A stretch of 64,000 nt of DNA from Ruditapes philippinarum (GCF_026571515.1 NW_026867146.1:1-64000); one strand, 5' to 3'. Positions 12,614 to 25,217 are shown, counted from the first letter of the stretch. Notes: generated by a model from the letters alone, not told the origin. A program made the numbers and translations.

Positions 12614-14495
12614 ATGCCAAGTTATATAGTGGTTGACGTAGAGACAAGAAAAGTAATTATAACATGTACGGTTACAGGACTTGTTATGTTTGCAATAGGA
12701 ATCGGAATTGGTTACGCTTCCGGTAAAGGTTCATCAAATACGGAATCACCAACTGCAAGCGTTGCCGAAGCAATACGTGCTACGTGTAGCGGTTCTGCTG
12801 CTCAGACGTCCTCTGGAAAACTTTACTTTGACCGATTTGTACAAAGACACAGTGAAAAGTATGCATGTGTTAAAACAGAGGAAGAATGCTGGAACTTGGG
12901 ATTGCCAAGAAATTATATTGCTTACCACTTGAATGGCAAAACAATCACGATTGATGGGAAATTAGACGATGACGCTTGGAAAGAGGTAAACATGTTTTAC
13001 CACTATTCTTTTGATATTGACACTTTGTCACTTTCCAGTCAGCCCGTGTTGCTTATCACTCAGTTGAACCAGGTCGTGCCAGCAGGCCTTCGGATATACA
13101 TATACATATAATAATCACCAAAACGTCAGCATTACGACGTGAGTCGTTGAGAGTACTTATATCGGACTGCTGAATTTAGTGGTGTACATCCTTGAGAAAG
13201 ATTTTACAAAATGCAGGTCGAGGCACATTTTATTAGAAATGTTATATCTTAAACAAAATAATTTATATCCTGGTTGAACTAAAGTCATTTATTCTAGTAA
13301 AGTGCAGTATCATACCGTATAATAAACATATGTACTGTACTACGGACCTTATATCAAAATAGCATTGTGGTAACCTTCCAGTCTGTTCCTGAACGGATTT
13401 CAGCCCCTGGCTTCGGCTGGGCCAACTTGGAAGTTAGTATGTAACAATGGTATGAGGCCGTCATTGCTGTTTACTTTTCCTTAAAAAATGTTTTAATAAA
13501 TCACGATTCCGTATTTTAAAGGGGTCACAATTTTATCTTTACAGGTGCCGTGGAGCGAAACTTTCGTTGACATGCGAAGTTCAGTTTATCCAAAACCATA
13601 TCTAGATACGAAGTTCAAAATACGTTGGGACGATGAACGAATGTATATAGGTGTTTATGTACAAGAAAATAATTTATGGGCGACAATTACCACACAAGAC
13701 GCGGCGATCTATAAAGAAAATGGCGTCGAATTTCTTATGGACGTAGATGGGTCTTTGTTCAATTTCAAACAAATGCAGATAAACGTCTTGGGTACAATGA
13801 TGGACCAACTGTTCTATAAATCATCTTGGGATAGCCCTGATGTACAGGTGAAGTTCAAGGACTGGCATCCTGACGTAAGGAAAGCAGTTTACACAGACGG
13901 TACTGTAAATACACCAGGTGACGAAGACAAATACTGGAGTATTGAAGTCTCGCTTTTGTTTGCGAAACTTGGTGAAAGGTCACAACGCGCGCAGCCAAAT
14001 CCCGTCGAGAACGAGGCTTGGTTTATACAATTAGGAAGATCTGAACAAAATTTGACAGTTGAGAATGGGCGCTACAAAAAAGTTCCAAGATCTAAACCAC
14101 AGTGGTGGTCATGGCAACAATGTGACACCATTAATTTACTTTTACAAGATCGCTGGGGTTTGGTGCAGTTCAAGAAAAACTTGTCAGACAAGAAGTTTCG
14201 ATTTGATAGATGGCATATTTACAAAGCCTTGTTTGATATGAAGGACGCTATGAAGAAATTTCAATCTGTAAATGGGAAGTACACGACTGACATAGAAGAG
14301 CTTGATGTTCCGCCATATTTATTGTCAGGAACTTGCGTTGAAGTTCCCGAAGTAAAGTATACTTACAGAAATAACGAAACGGCATTCAACCCGGTTACAA
14401 ATCCTATTACAGGTTTTGAGGTAACCGTTAAGTCGAAGTTGATTTCACATAAACCGGCACACATCCGGTCGGATAGATACGTTACATTCCAGTAA
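12614..14495 (+). CDS. Gene C, type II membrane CBM9-like protein, 440 aa (exon 1 12614..12985, exon 2 13545..14495)
   Basis: GAG|GTAAAC donor and TTTACAG|GTG acceptor. The joined protein reads PRNYIAY..ITIDGKLDDDAWKE-VPWSETFVD..TKFKIRWDDERMYIG..WSIEV..WSWQ..QDRWG, a CBM9-like pattern. Confidence 0.9.
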
Positions 14496-14802
14496 CTCTA
14501 AACCAACGTGTAGCAGAAAAATTTCAAACATTTTCAGATAGACGCTTGTTCAATTTATGTCTGCCATTTGGTTCCCATTCGGTCATATTTTACTTATTGC
14601 GTTGTATATATAAATAACAAAGTTTTATTCTTTCAATTAATGAACATATTATTATTCTTTTGTTGACCAACATTGTTGACGGAAACATAAGTATGTTGAC
14701 CAATATTATTTCACTTAGATATAATCAAGTACAACCTCTGCAAAGAAAGAAAAACACTTTGGAAAGCAACGATTTTGTTGTTGGTGTTGTTAAAAGTTAT
14801 GA

Positions 14803-15090
14803 AATAAGTTATAGATACCCATAAAATAAAAATACCTATATGTCATATGTTTTAGCAACCTATATAATATATAAGTTATATATACATATATGCCATAAGT
14901 TATAGATACCTATATTTTATAAATACTTACATGTTTTAAATTATAGATACCTTTTTTATGAGTTCAAGATATCTATTTGTTACAAGTTATAGATATCTTT
15001 TATATAAGTTATAGATACATATAGTTTATAAGTTATAGATATGTAAATGTCACAAGATATTACAAATGTATATTTTCTATGTTATAGATG
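14803..15090. repeat. Degenerate ~21-bp tandem repeat (ataagttatagatacctatat-like)
   Basis: Recurrent aagttatagata(c/t) motif at ~21-bp multiples. Confidence 0.7.
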
Positions 15091-15912
15091 TCTGTAAGTT
15101 CTTTGTTATACGTGAAACAGAGGCTATAGTTTGAATATGGCCCCTGCACCGTAGGGGTTGAAGTACATTGTAGTTTTACCATGAACATTTTGATGCTTAC
15201 AGATGCATTATGTAATGATTCAAACACACTTGATAGTGGTCTAGTAAACAATGTTAATCACCAAATATAAAACCTTAAGACCATACAATTTTGGGACCAT
15301 TTGAAAATTTCATAGCACTTTATGCACAGAAAACTTAAATAACAATTCATACAGAAAAACTTGTAATAGCGCTTCTTGCAAGGATATAAAATTAAAAGCA
15401 CTTCATGCAAGGAAAAATTTTAATAGCATTTCATGCAAGGAAATATTTATAGCACTTCACGCAAAGAACATTTCAGACAAGTTTCATCAGATTTGCACCA
15501 GTGGAGAATGTGCCATTTGAAACAATTGTAGAAAAATCTGGAAGAATGGTGATCCCTTGGAAGCATTTATCACAACTCAATGTAATGGAAGTTACAGACG
15601 GACAGACAAACGACGGACAGCTATCAATCCTAAGTCTTTGCCATGAACATCATGCGCTCAGGTGAAGACACCATCATGGAGATATATTATATATGTATAT
15701 GTGTTCGTTTATCCTGCCGCTCGGCTAACTTTAATGATTGGCCAAATTAATTGTATTGTTCGGCTCGATTAATTGTTTAATCTTGGTGTTTCTAATTAAA
15801 TTATACCCTGTGATAAACACTTGTGTGTTGCTATTCTAACTATCTACAAATAAATTATATGGATAAGTTTCTTTGTGCATCGGCTATGTAATTATCACGA
15901 GTGCTGTAAGAC

Positions 15913-15920
15913 TATAAAAA
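15913..15920 (+). promoter_or_regulatory. TATA box of gene D (conserved in E at 32855, F at 39258, G at 48607)
   Basis: TATAAAAA 72-74 nt upstream of the ATG in four paralogues. Confidence 0.7.
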
Positions 15921-15986
15921 GAGTTGGTCATCTTTATAGTTGTGGAGTATTCAGTTCAGGCTTTGATTGGAATATAAACAGCTATC

Positions 15987-18009
15987 ATGCCAAGTTATAT
16001 CGTTGTTGACGTAGAGACAAGAAAAGTAATTATAACATGTACGGTTATAGGACTTGTTATGTTTGCAATAGGAATTGGAATCGGTTTTGCTTCCGGGAAA
16101 GGTTCTTCAAATACTGAGTCACCAACTGCAAGCGTTGCCGAGGCAATACGTGCTACTTGTAGCGGTTCTGCTGCTCAGACGCCTTCAGGAAAACTTTACT
16201 TCGACCGATTTGTGCAAAGACACAGTGAAAAGTATGCATGTGTTAAAACAAAGGAAGAATGCTGGAACTTGGGATTGCCAAGAAATTATATTGCTTACCA
16301 TTTGAATGGCAAAACAATCACGATTGATGGGAAATTAGACGATGACGCTTGGAAAGAGGTTAGAAACAATATTTTACAAAGTTAAATATAAAAAGAATTC
16401 GGTAAACAAATATTTATTTTAATGCATATAAATGATTAAATCTTGTTAAAAAGATCTAACCGAGTTTTGAAGGAAACTACATATGTATTAACCATGTAGA
16501 ATTCATACTTTGCATCCTTTTGTAAGCTTATCAAAATTTAACAGTGACTTTTTCCTGTGAACGCTGTACAACTGTGGTGAATTTCTAGAACACTATAACC
16601 CCATTTACCTGACCCACTTTTATATACGTTTCTCAAAAGGTAAAGGAAGTTAGGCCAAAACCTTTACATCAATTAATGATTTCTTCACTTGCAATTGAAA
16701 AACGATTCCATTTCGAAAATAGTTTCTATTATGTACGTGTTAATTCTTTTTTATTCATTATTTGTTTGTACGCACTGTATTTGTGGTGATATATATAATT
16801 GAGCTGCGCCATGACAAAACCAACATAGTACGTTCGTGACCAGCATGGATCCAAACCAGCCTGCGCATATGCGCAGTCGGATCAGGATTCATGCTGTTCG
16901 CTATCAGTTTCTCTACTTATAGGGTTTGTAAGCGAAAAGCATGGATCCTGATCAGACTGCGCGGATGCGTACACTGGTCTAAATCCATTCTGGCCGCAAA
17001 CACACTATGTTAGTTCTTTCATGGCGCGGCTCATATGTGTGCCGTCTAATATTTACAGGTGCCGTGGAGCGAAACTTTTGTTGACATGCGCAGTTCAGTT
17101 TATCCAAAACCATATCTTGATACGAAGTTCAAAATACGTTGGGACGATGAAAGAATGTATGTAGGTGTTTATGTACAAGAGAAAAATTTATGGGCGACAC
17201 TTACCTCACAAGACGCGTCGATCTGGAAAGAAAATGGCGTCGAATTTCTTATGGACGTGGATGGCTCATTGTTCAATTTCAAACAAATGCAGATAAACGT
17301 CTTGGGTACAATGATGGACCAACTGCTATATAGATCTCCATGGGATGGTTGGGATCCAAGTATAAGTGTAATGGACTGGCATCCTAACGTAACGAAAGCA
17401 GTTTACACAGACGGGTCTATAAATACCCCGGGTGATGTGGACAAATATTGGAGTATTGAAGTCTCGTTTTTGTTTACGAAACTAGCCGAGAGGTCACAGC
17501 GCGCGCAACCAAAGCCCGCCGAGAACGAGGTTTGGTTTATACAATTAGGAAGGTCTGAACAAAATTTGACAGTTGAGAATGGGCGCTACAAAAAAGTTCC
17601 AGAATCTAAAACGCAGTGGTGGTCATGGCAACAATGTGACACCATTAATTTACTTTTACAAGACCGCTGGGGTTTGGTGCAGTTCAAGAAAAACTTGTCA
17701 AGCAAGAAGTTTCGATTTGATAGATGGCATATTTACAAAGCCTTGTTTGATGTGAGGGACGCTATGAAGAAATTTCAATCTGTAAATGGCAAAAATACAA
17801 CTAACATAGAAGAGCTGGATGTCCCGCCATATTTATTGTCAGGAACTTGCGTTGAAGTTCCCGAAATAAAGTATACTTACAGAAATAATGCAACAGCATT
17901 CAACCCGGTTACAAATCCTATTACAGGTTTTGAGATCACCGTTAAGTCAAAGTTGATTTCACATAAACCGGCTCACATCCGGTCGGATAGATATGTCACA
18001 TTCCAGTAA
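15987..18009 (+). CDS. Gene D, type II membrane CBM9-like protein, 440 aa (exon 1 15987..16358, exon 2 17059..18009)
   Basis: GAG|GTTAGA donor, TTTACAG|GTG acceptor, open frame, paralogous to C. Confidence 0.9.
16800..17033. mobile_element. Hairpin MITE in gene D intron (same family as 53399..53635)
   Basis: Long inverted arms tgagctgcgccatgacaaaaccaacatagt / actatgttagttctttcatggcgcggctca; absent from the introns of E, F and G. Confidence 0.85.
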
Positions 18010-21000
18010 CTCTAAACCAATATACCAACTTTTCGGCCCTTTCTGTCAGTCTTTGGATAAGGATTATTATGAATAATAGCCGAGGTGTTTCCGATTGCCA
18101 ACATTAAGCAGAAATGATCGACAATTTCTATAAAGACAAATTTTATGTTTCTTTATCTTATCGACAGTATATAATTCTGCAGCAAAAACATTCCCGATAT
18201 AGTGATATTCTAGTTATCACATTTTTCATAAATATTTTAATGTTTCTGCTCGTATCCGCTCCTTTGAAGAAATAGGTTTTTTGGGGTTTCCTTCAAATAA
18301 GGTTGAATATTTATCTTTCTATGCTCACCATCTGTAGAAAGAAGTATGAAATTATTTTTCATAAAAGAAATATTTCAACTTTCATACAAATCATTAACTC
18401 ACTATACATGTATATGTACTTATTTCCAAAAATCAACAGAGGCAAAAGATGGCTTAGGTAATTAACCAATGAGTATCGTTTTGAAAACTATAAAAGAACA
18501 TCCAGAGTAAACATGCTTTTCAAAGCTTTTGAGAGATAGAAATATAAATATTTCTGGGGCATATTGGGCCTATAAGCGACATTGCAACAGTGTGAACCTT
18601 GATGTTAATATATCGCATTCAAGGCGCGTTTATATAATTGTACAATTCAACCTTTAAAGAGGACACCTTTGTAAAATGAAGGTTTTTGGTAGTGTTTAAA
18701 AGGTGTTGCTCTTGAGTCTGAAGATGTTATTGCTTAGCAGAGGGTCTTTCTGTAGAGGTTGAACGTATATGTAACATTTACTGCTTTCAAAACTAAACTT
18801 GTATTATATCTTATTATATTAAAGCATGTATGAGTGTAAAGGTTGTTGCTTCATTTTTTTTTTTTTTTTTTTTTTTAAATAAAAGCCCCTTTTCCTTGTG
18901 GGTTAGAATACCGCCAAGGACTTTGGATTCTTTATGAGAGGAAGCTATCCAGCTAGCTAACAGAACATATGTGGTTCAACTCAGGTGCCCGTTTGTGTCT
19001 GTAATGGCTTAATCACATTTTGGCGATCTGTTAAAATGAGAGCCCTCGACCAAGTCAGACCCTGACCCCCAAACTTGTTCGACTTTTTTCTTTAAACACA
19101 AGTCATGCTGTCTCAATCATAAATTTTAGTTTATTTCAATTTGCACTTTTAACAAGTTGAATCACCATAAATTTTCAATAAAGATTTTTAATTGAACCTT
19201 AATTTTAAAATAGTTTTTTATTGTTAGAGATGTTTGACCTCTAATTGTCTGATGATAAACTTAAACAAAGAAATGGTATACTGAAGAAAATCTAAACTAC
19301 ACAATTGACTTAATTTGAGTATGATACAATACATGTACAAGTAATAGAAAGAATAGAAAGAAAATAAGGGGGCGTAGCCCCAGAGAGTATAGATCAGGCT
19401 GTCGATTGTTTATTGATCTTTCTTTTGCATCATAGGCAAGCATTAAACACGTTCACTGCTGTCACTATATAAAACTCCAGAAGACAAAGGAACAAATGAA
19501 CGAGCATCGTTATTCCTTCTCTGACGTCACATTATGTAACCCCCCCCCCCCCTTAAAAATGATCCAATCAGTAAGCAAGTTCTGGAGTGCGGGGTAACAA
19601 CTAACTACAAGTGAACGCGCTATGCACGTATGTGTACATACGATTTAACTCTGGCACATTTTCAACAAAATGGTGTCCACGTTATGAAACTATATACTAG
19701 TGTAGCACTACTCAATCGACTGTGTTTTTTTAGCATAATTCAAATATTCAGCCAACTGAGTTTAATGCCAATATATTTGAAGAAAATCGAACTTGGCCAA
19801 AGATGTACAAAGATTTTAGGAAAAGTAAAGAGTCAAGATTCAAGAAATAAACAGATAACTGCGATAAATGGCCGATTTGACTGTATTAATAAATAAAGTG
19901 TATTTATAACGAACATTCTGCGTGACAAAAGTTTAATTAAAATTCGTATAAATCTTGAAGCATGCTGCTAAATAGATTACATATTAAACAATAATAGTTA
20001 TCGAAATTGTGGACCAAGTTGCCTCGTATCTAAATAAGAGTGTTCCAATTATATGAAAAGATTCAGAATTAGTTAACTGATCATTATTCAACAGATAAAT
20101 AAGACAAAATAAGCGCACGAGAACTGTCGCAAGAAAGAGGTCAGTATACCGAAAAAACAAATTTGGTGAACTTTTTGTTAACAAGATTAATTCGTCCTAT
20201 ACTTGAACCATAACCCCATGCCTAGATCCCTGACCTGTCTGAATCTAATTATCAGATTAGTGGATACAACATTTTTGATAACAAAAGAGTGCATATCAAT
20301 GTTTGTGGTTAGATATATTGTTATTCAAATTCATGGTGGCTGATTTGGAACACTTTCGTGCGTGTATTTTCACTAGCGGCAGCACGACAAAGCGCCAAAC
20401 GGTGTGTTGTTGGTCTTTCGTCTTGGCGTCATGTCGCTTACGAAACGCCCTTGTGATATAATTCATCGCATCCGAACTTCAAACAGTGGTTTTATTGAAC
20501 GTGCACGCGGCGTCTTGTAGATATGCATTTGTCCATACAGCAATTGAGGAAATTTTAGACTTGATTTTGAGTATTTTCTTCTTTTTTTAACAAAATTGAA
20601 CTGTTTTCAACCTTTCTAATAAAAATAGCTTTTCTGATGTACAACATGTCACAGTGCTTTAAGGGATAAGAATAAACGTTGAACTGACGCGATAGTACCA
20701 TGTATGAATATCATGTTCTTTTTATCATTATCTAATTTTATCTACATAATAAATAACGTGCCAATGAGCCAGTCTATAGTCGATCGTTTTAAAACTTAAC
20801 CGTTGAGAGAGGTAACGACTGAGGCAGTGTCACTCACTTCATTTCCTGCGCCTCTGTTGAAGTTCTGCTCCGCCTTAAATTGTCGCCAAATTAAATATGA
20901 TGTTCCGTATGCTAGCATTCAGTCGTTTTGCGGCGAAAGGGAACCAGGACAACTTTGACCAATATCTAGTGTCGAATCATTAAATTACAAGTTACAAAGC

Positions 21001-21076
21001 TTAAACCACGCCCACTATCAGAGAGGCGGTTGTCCCTCAACCGTTAAAAACGTACGCCAAACTCTGCACAACGGTT

Positions 21077-21405
21077 TCAGGGGGCCTCCGTGGCCGAGTG
21101 GTTAAAGTCGCTGACTTGAGATCACAGATCCCTCACCGCTGTAGGTTCGATCCTCACTAGGGTCGAAATCTTTCATGTGAGGAAGCCATCCAGATGGCTT
21201 ACGGAAGGTCGGTGGTTCTACCCAGGTGCCCGCTCGTGCCTGAAATAATGCCCGAAGGGGCACCTGGGGTCTTCCTCCACCAATAAAGCTGGAAACAAAT
21301 CGACGAAAAATCTCGGCGGGACGCTCTAGGATGGCCCGACTTGAGTGTACGGTCGCCCATATGGGCTTTCCGGCGGCGACCTTAAATAAACGCATTAAAA
21401 AAAAA
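21077..21405 (+). mobile_element. tRNA-derived SINE, full length, 12-bp TSD
   Basis: A box (tggccgagtgg), B box (ggttcgatcc), central core (ggtcggtggttct..cttcctccacc) and A tail. TSD tgcacaacggtt at 21065-21076 and 21406-21417; empty site at ~43991. Confidence 0.92.
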
Positions 21406-22129
21406 TGCACAACGGTTATGCTACGGCCAGTAAGGGGGAGATCACTGCAGAACAGTTCGTCCTCAAAATCATTCGATCATAATGCAATTTTTACCAATAT
21501 TTAAATGGACATATTCTCGGCATTTATTTCTTGAATTTATCTTAAGTATACCAATCATTTCAATTTTTCTTTTTATCAAGTTTATTTTGCTTCGACCAGA
21601 CGTTTCACTCTTTGTCGCAACAGACAAACATTTCAGAATTTCAGACATGGCATTACTTTGTGAATTTATGCATTAGGTTCTACTTTTTCACAAAAATATG
21701 CAACTTAATTATTTAACAACGAGCACATACCAATAAAATTCTTAAAAAAATTAATTTATGCTTCGGATATTCAACTATAATGGAGAACGATTTTCAATGC
21801 TGATTGACTGTTCACATCATTTGGCGGCGTCTTTGATGTGCAGCATCACAGTTAACCTGTTAAATATTTTAAATACAGAAATAAGCGGACACGGAGATGT
21901 TGGTACGCTTACTTTAGTATTTACTACGCACGGTGACTATTATTTTCAAATATCATTTCACGAAACGTCAAATACATGTTAACTAAAATGTAAAAAAGTG
22001 AAGAATGGCTTGATAATGAATGTCGAACTTAAAATGACATTGCATCATTTTTTTTATCATTTTTTACATTCCCACGATATATGTGTGTAAGAAATAATAT
22101 TTCATTTATATTAATATTTATTATATGTA

Positions 22130-25100
22130 CAGTTGACTCTCAATAAGTTTTACTCAAAAATTCCGCGTTAGTCGAAGAATTTCGTCCCGTCAAATTTCCT
22201 TCTTTAACTAGGTCAAATTTTGACTTACCGAGACTCCTGTTTAGTCGAAAAGAAACATTTGGTCCCGTCAATTAAAGCCCAACATATTTTCATCTCAATA
22301 ACTCGAAGTGTGAAAACAGCCGACTGCTCAAAGGTTGGCGACATCAAGGTGAGATTTTGTCACTCGTGATTAACAAGTTTCATAGTATTTTTAATTGCCG
22401 GTCATCATGTATTATTAACACATCGTAGTAAAAATGGCTTTAATCTGTTTCAGGACTTAATTGGTTTTAACAGCCACGTCCAACCATCGAGTCTGATATG
22501 AATGCTTGTGATATTTGGTGTCAGTTTTTACAAACTTGTAAACATAAAGAGAATCTTATTGCCGCTGTTGTTAAAGTGAATAATTTCGTCGCAAACGCCC
22601 ATTTACATAAACAGTTTACCAAGAGACTAGCCTTACACTTTCTTTGTGCCAGTCTATCAGGTGTTAGTCAAATGCGTTAAGTATATTTGGTAAATATAAA
22701 TTTCTTAAAATTAAACGGAAAGTTAATTCAAATAAAAATAAATGGTTTAATACCGAATGTCTTCAAGCGCGAAGAGAATTTAATAAATCAAAAAATAAAT
22801 ATTTACGAAACAAGAACTCTGAAAATAAATTAGAGTTTTTAGATAAAAAACGAGTACATACAAATAAAACGTAAACAAAAAATAAAAAATAAACGTTCAG
22901 AGGGCAATCGTATTGCAGAGCGCGCTAAAAGTAACCCTAACTCTTTTGGAGAAACATTAATTTGCAATATAAAAAGATGTCATCTGATCCCGTAAATGTA
23001 CAGTTTCAAGATTTATTTGAACATTTCAACAAACTATATGGTGAACGACCCGAATCGAATGAAAATGATTTTAATGAAAATGAAAGTCAGGAAAACTATA
23101 TCCAAGATTAAGATTTGGATATTGAATTCACAGAATCGGAAGTAAGAAACGCAGTTTTTGCCCAGAATAATTCTAAAAGTCGAGGAATGGACAACCATAT
23201 AGCAGAAATATTTAAAACATCATTCGAACTAATTTCACCTTTTTGATTAAAACTTTACAATAAAATATTCCAACACGGATATTTTCCAGAAAACTGGACT
23301 GAAGGGCTAATTATACCCATATTGAAAGGCGGAAGTCAAGAAGTCAAATATTTTAGGGGCATCACATAACATTTTGTCGAAAATTTACTCAAAACTCTTA
23401 GTAAGTAGGTTAACTAAATGGGCCAAAAAGCATAAAAAATTAATAGACAATCAATACGGGTTTCAACAGAATAAATCCACTATCGATTGTATGTTTGTAC
23501 TCTATTCACTTATTGCAAAAACTATATCAAATAAAGAAAAATTGTTCGTTGCTTTTCTCGACTAGGAAAAGATGTTTGATAGAATTGACCGTGTACTACT
23601 ATGGCAAAAACTTTTAAATTTTAAATTTATTGTTGCTTTAAGGTCTATGTATACCTCTGTTAAATCTTCCGTTCGTTATAATAATGTCAAGTCAACTCCA
23701 ATAAATTCATACGTTGGAGTTAAACATGGAGACCCGTCAAGCAGTTTATTGTGTCTATTTTTCCTTAATGATATTTTGGAAAGTACACGGAATAATTTAG
23801 ACGGAATAATTATCTTGGTGATATGCAAATATTCCTATTATTGTTCGCAGATGACGCTGCGATTTTTTCTAAAAACCCTAAAACATTACAATCATTATTG
23901 AACGATATATAGTTATACTGTAATAATTACAATTTGAAACTTAATGTTAATAAACCAAAATAATGATTTTTTGAAAACAGCCGTCACACAATTATGATTT
24001 TTACTTATATAACACAAAAATCGAAGTTGTAAAAACGGACAATGGAATGGAACGCAGGAACGTATAGCACAACATGCGTCTTTCGCTCTTCATAATCTGT
24101 TTATTATCTTTAATCAAGTAGATTTACTCACAGCAAATAAAATTGTTTGATTCTCTCGTAACTTTAAATTACGCGGCGGAGGTATGGGGATCACACATCG
24201 CACCCGCTGTCAAAGTTATTCATTGTAAATTTTGTAGAAAAATGTTAGAAACTAAATTATCCACAAACCGAGAAGCGTTATATGGCGAACTTGGTCGAAC
24301 ACCTATGTATATTCAACGGAAAATAATTATGATTAAATATTGGATTAAGTTATTATCGCTTCAAGAAAGTACTATCCTTTTTAAAACATATTCTATGATA
24401 AGAATTGTTGCTGACAATGGACAATCTTATAATGGTAAAAATTGGGCTTACACTATTAAACAAATATTAGATGAATCTGGATTAATATTTGTATGGGAAA
24501 ACCAATATAGCATACAGGTAGATTTTAAAGCAATTAAATTCAGAATTCTTAGTTTGTATTACGAACAATGGTATACCTTGATAAATAATTCACCTCGTCT
24601 TATTTAAACATACTTTTGATTTAGAAAAATACTTAAGTGTAATTAAAGAACCAAAGTATAGAATAGCCTTATCTAGATTCAGAACATCGTCACACAATTT
24701 AGCTATATAATATGGAAGATATCGTAATATTCCAAGAAATGAACGTTTTTGAGAAAATTGTCATTTTAATCAAATAGAGAATGAATATCATTTTTTACTT
24801 ATTTGCCCGAAGTTCTCCGATTTGAGAAAAAAGTATCTTAAACGGTATTACTACACATGGCCGACTAAGCAAAAGTTTATCAATTTAATGTCTGAATCAT
24901 CGTTTACTGTAATAAATGGTTTAAGCAAATTTACATATCATGCTAACACTTTAAGAAATTAATCCTATCAAATGTGATCTGTATTTTATTCATAAGATTG
25001 TAAGGCTCTTCTGAAAAAATCCATGTACTTGTGTTGTTTGTGTTTATATATTTTGTACTTGCTATATGTATTTGTTTAATGCAATAAAATTTTGAAGTTG

Positions 25101-25217
25101 AAATAACAGCCTAGGTATTGATGTGTGTTATCAACGTAAATGACATTTGCTCAAATTCCGTTTCTCTCGAAGTAGAGTGCCCAGTCCCTTGAATTTCGAG
25201 TTACCGAGAGTCAACTG
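22130..25217. mobile_element. Tc1/mariner(pogo)-type non-autonomous DNA transposon, TA TSD, interrupted by a LINE
   Basis: TIRs cagttgactctc (22130) / gagagtcaactg (25206-25217) flanked by TA; empty sites atatgTAttttcttcc at ~37358 and ~45845. Confidence 0.85.
22680..25105 (+). mobile_element. 5'-truncated, degenerate non-LTR retrotransposon ORF2 (reverse transcriptase; clade tentatively RTE-X-like)
   Basis: RT motifs QYGFQQNKSTIDC, FVAFLD*EKMFDRIDR, GVKHGDPSSSLL, LFADD (FADD at 23844-23855) and C-terminal LNYAAEVWG..LYGELGR; multiple stops and frameshifts; aataaa near the 3' end. Confidence 0.9.

Noticed and set aside
12620-12634. ITIM signalling motif in the cytoplasmic tail
   Set aside because: The Y-2 residue is Pro/Ala/Phe rather than S/I/V/L; only the looser YxxPhi pattern fits.
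12708-12932. Recurrent short overlapping/antisense ORFs in each paralogue (e.g. 12708, 16075, 33015, 40424, 49868)
   Set aside because: Shadow frames that recur only because the host exons are duplicated; variable starts and stops, no motifs.
13545-14495. Stand-alone 316-aa ORFs starting at GTG/TTG (also 17059, 33778, 40131, 49509, and 2781 on the minus strand), or bacterial contamination/operon
   Set aside because: The apparent starts are at or near splice acceptors, or internal to exon 2. Each ORF joins an upstream exon in frame via a GT-AG intron within eukaryotic TE-rich DNA.
19984-20184. Conserved small protein (MLTKSSPNL.., repeated at 36545..36772)
   Set aside because: Similarity reflects the segmental duplication; the third copy (~43.0 kb) has indels, and the 19984 copy has no ATG start. 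No splice support.
21080-21160. tRNA genes (also ~38040-38112, 44387-44468, 44743-44805, 57251-57320)
   Set aside because: They are SINE heads or MITE-internal fragments with broken cloverleaf stems.
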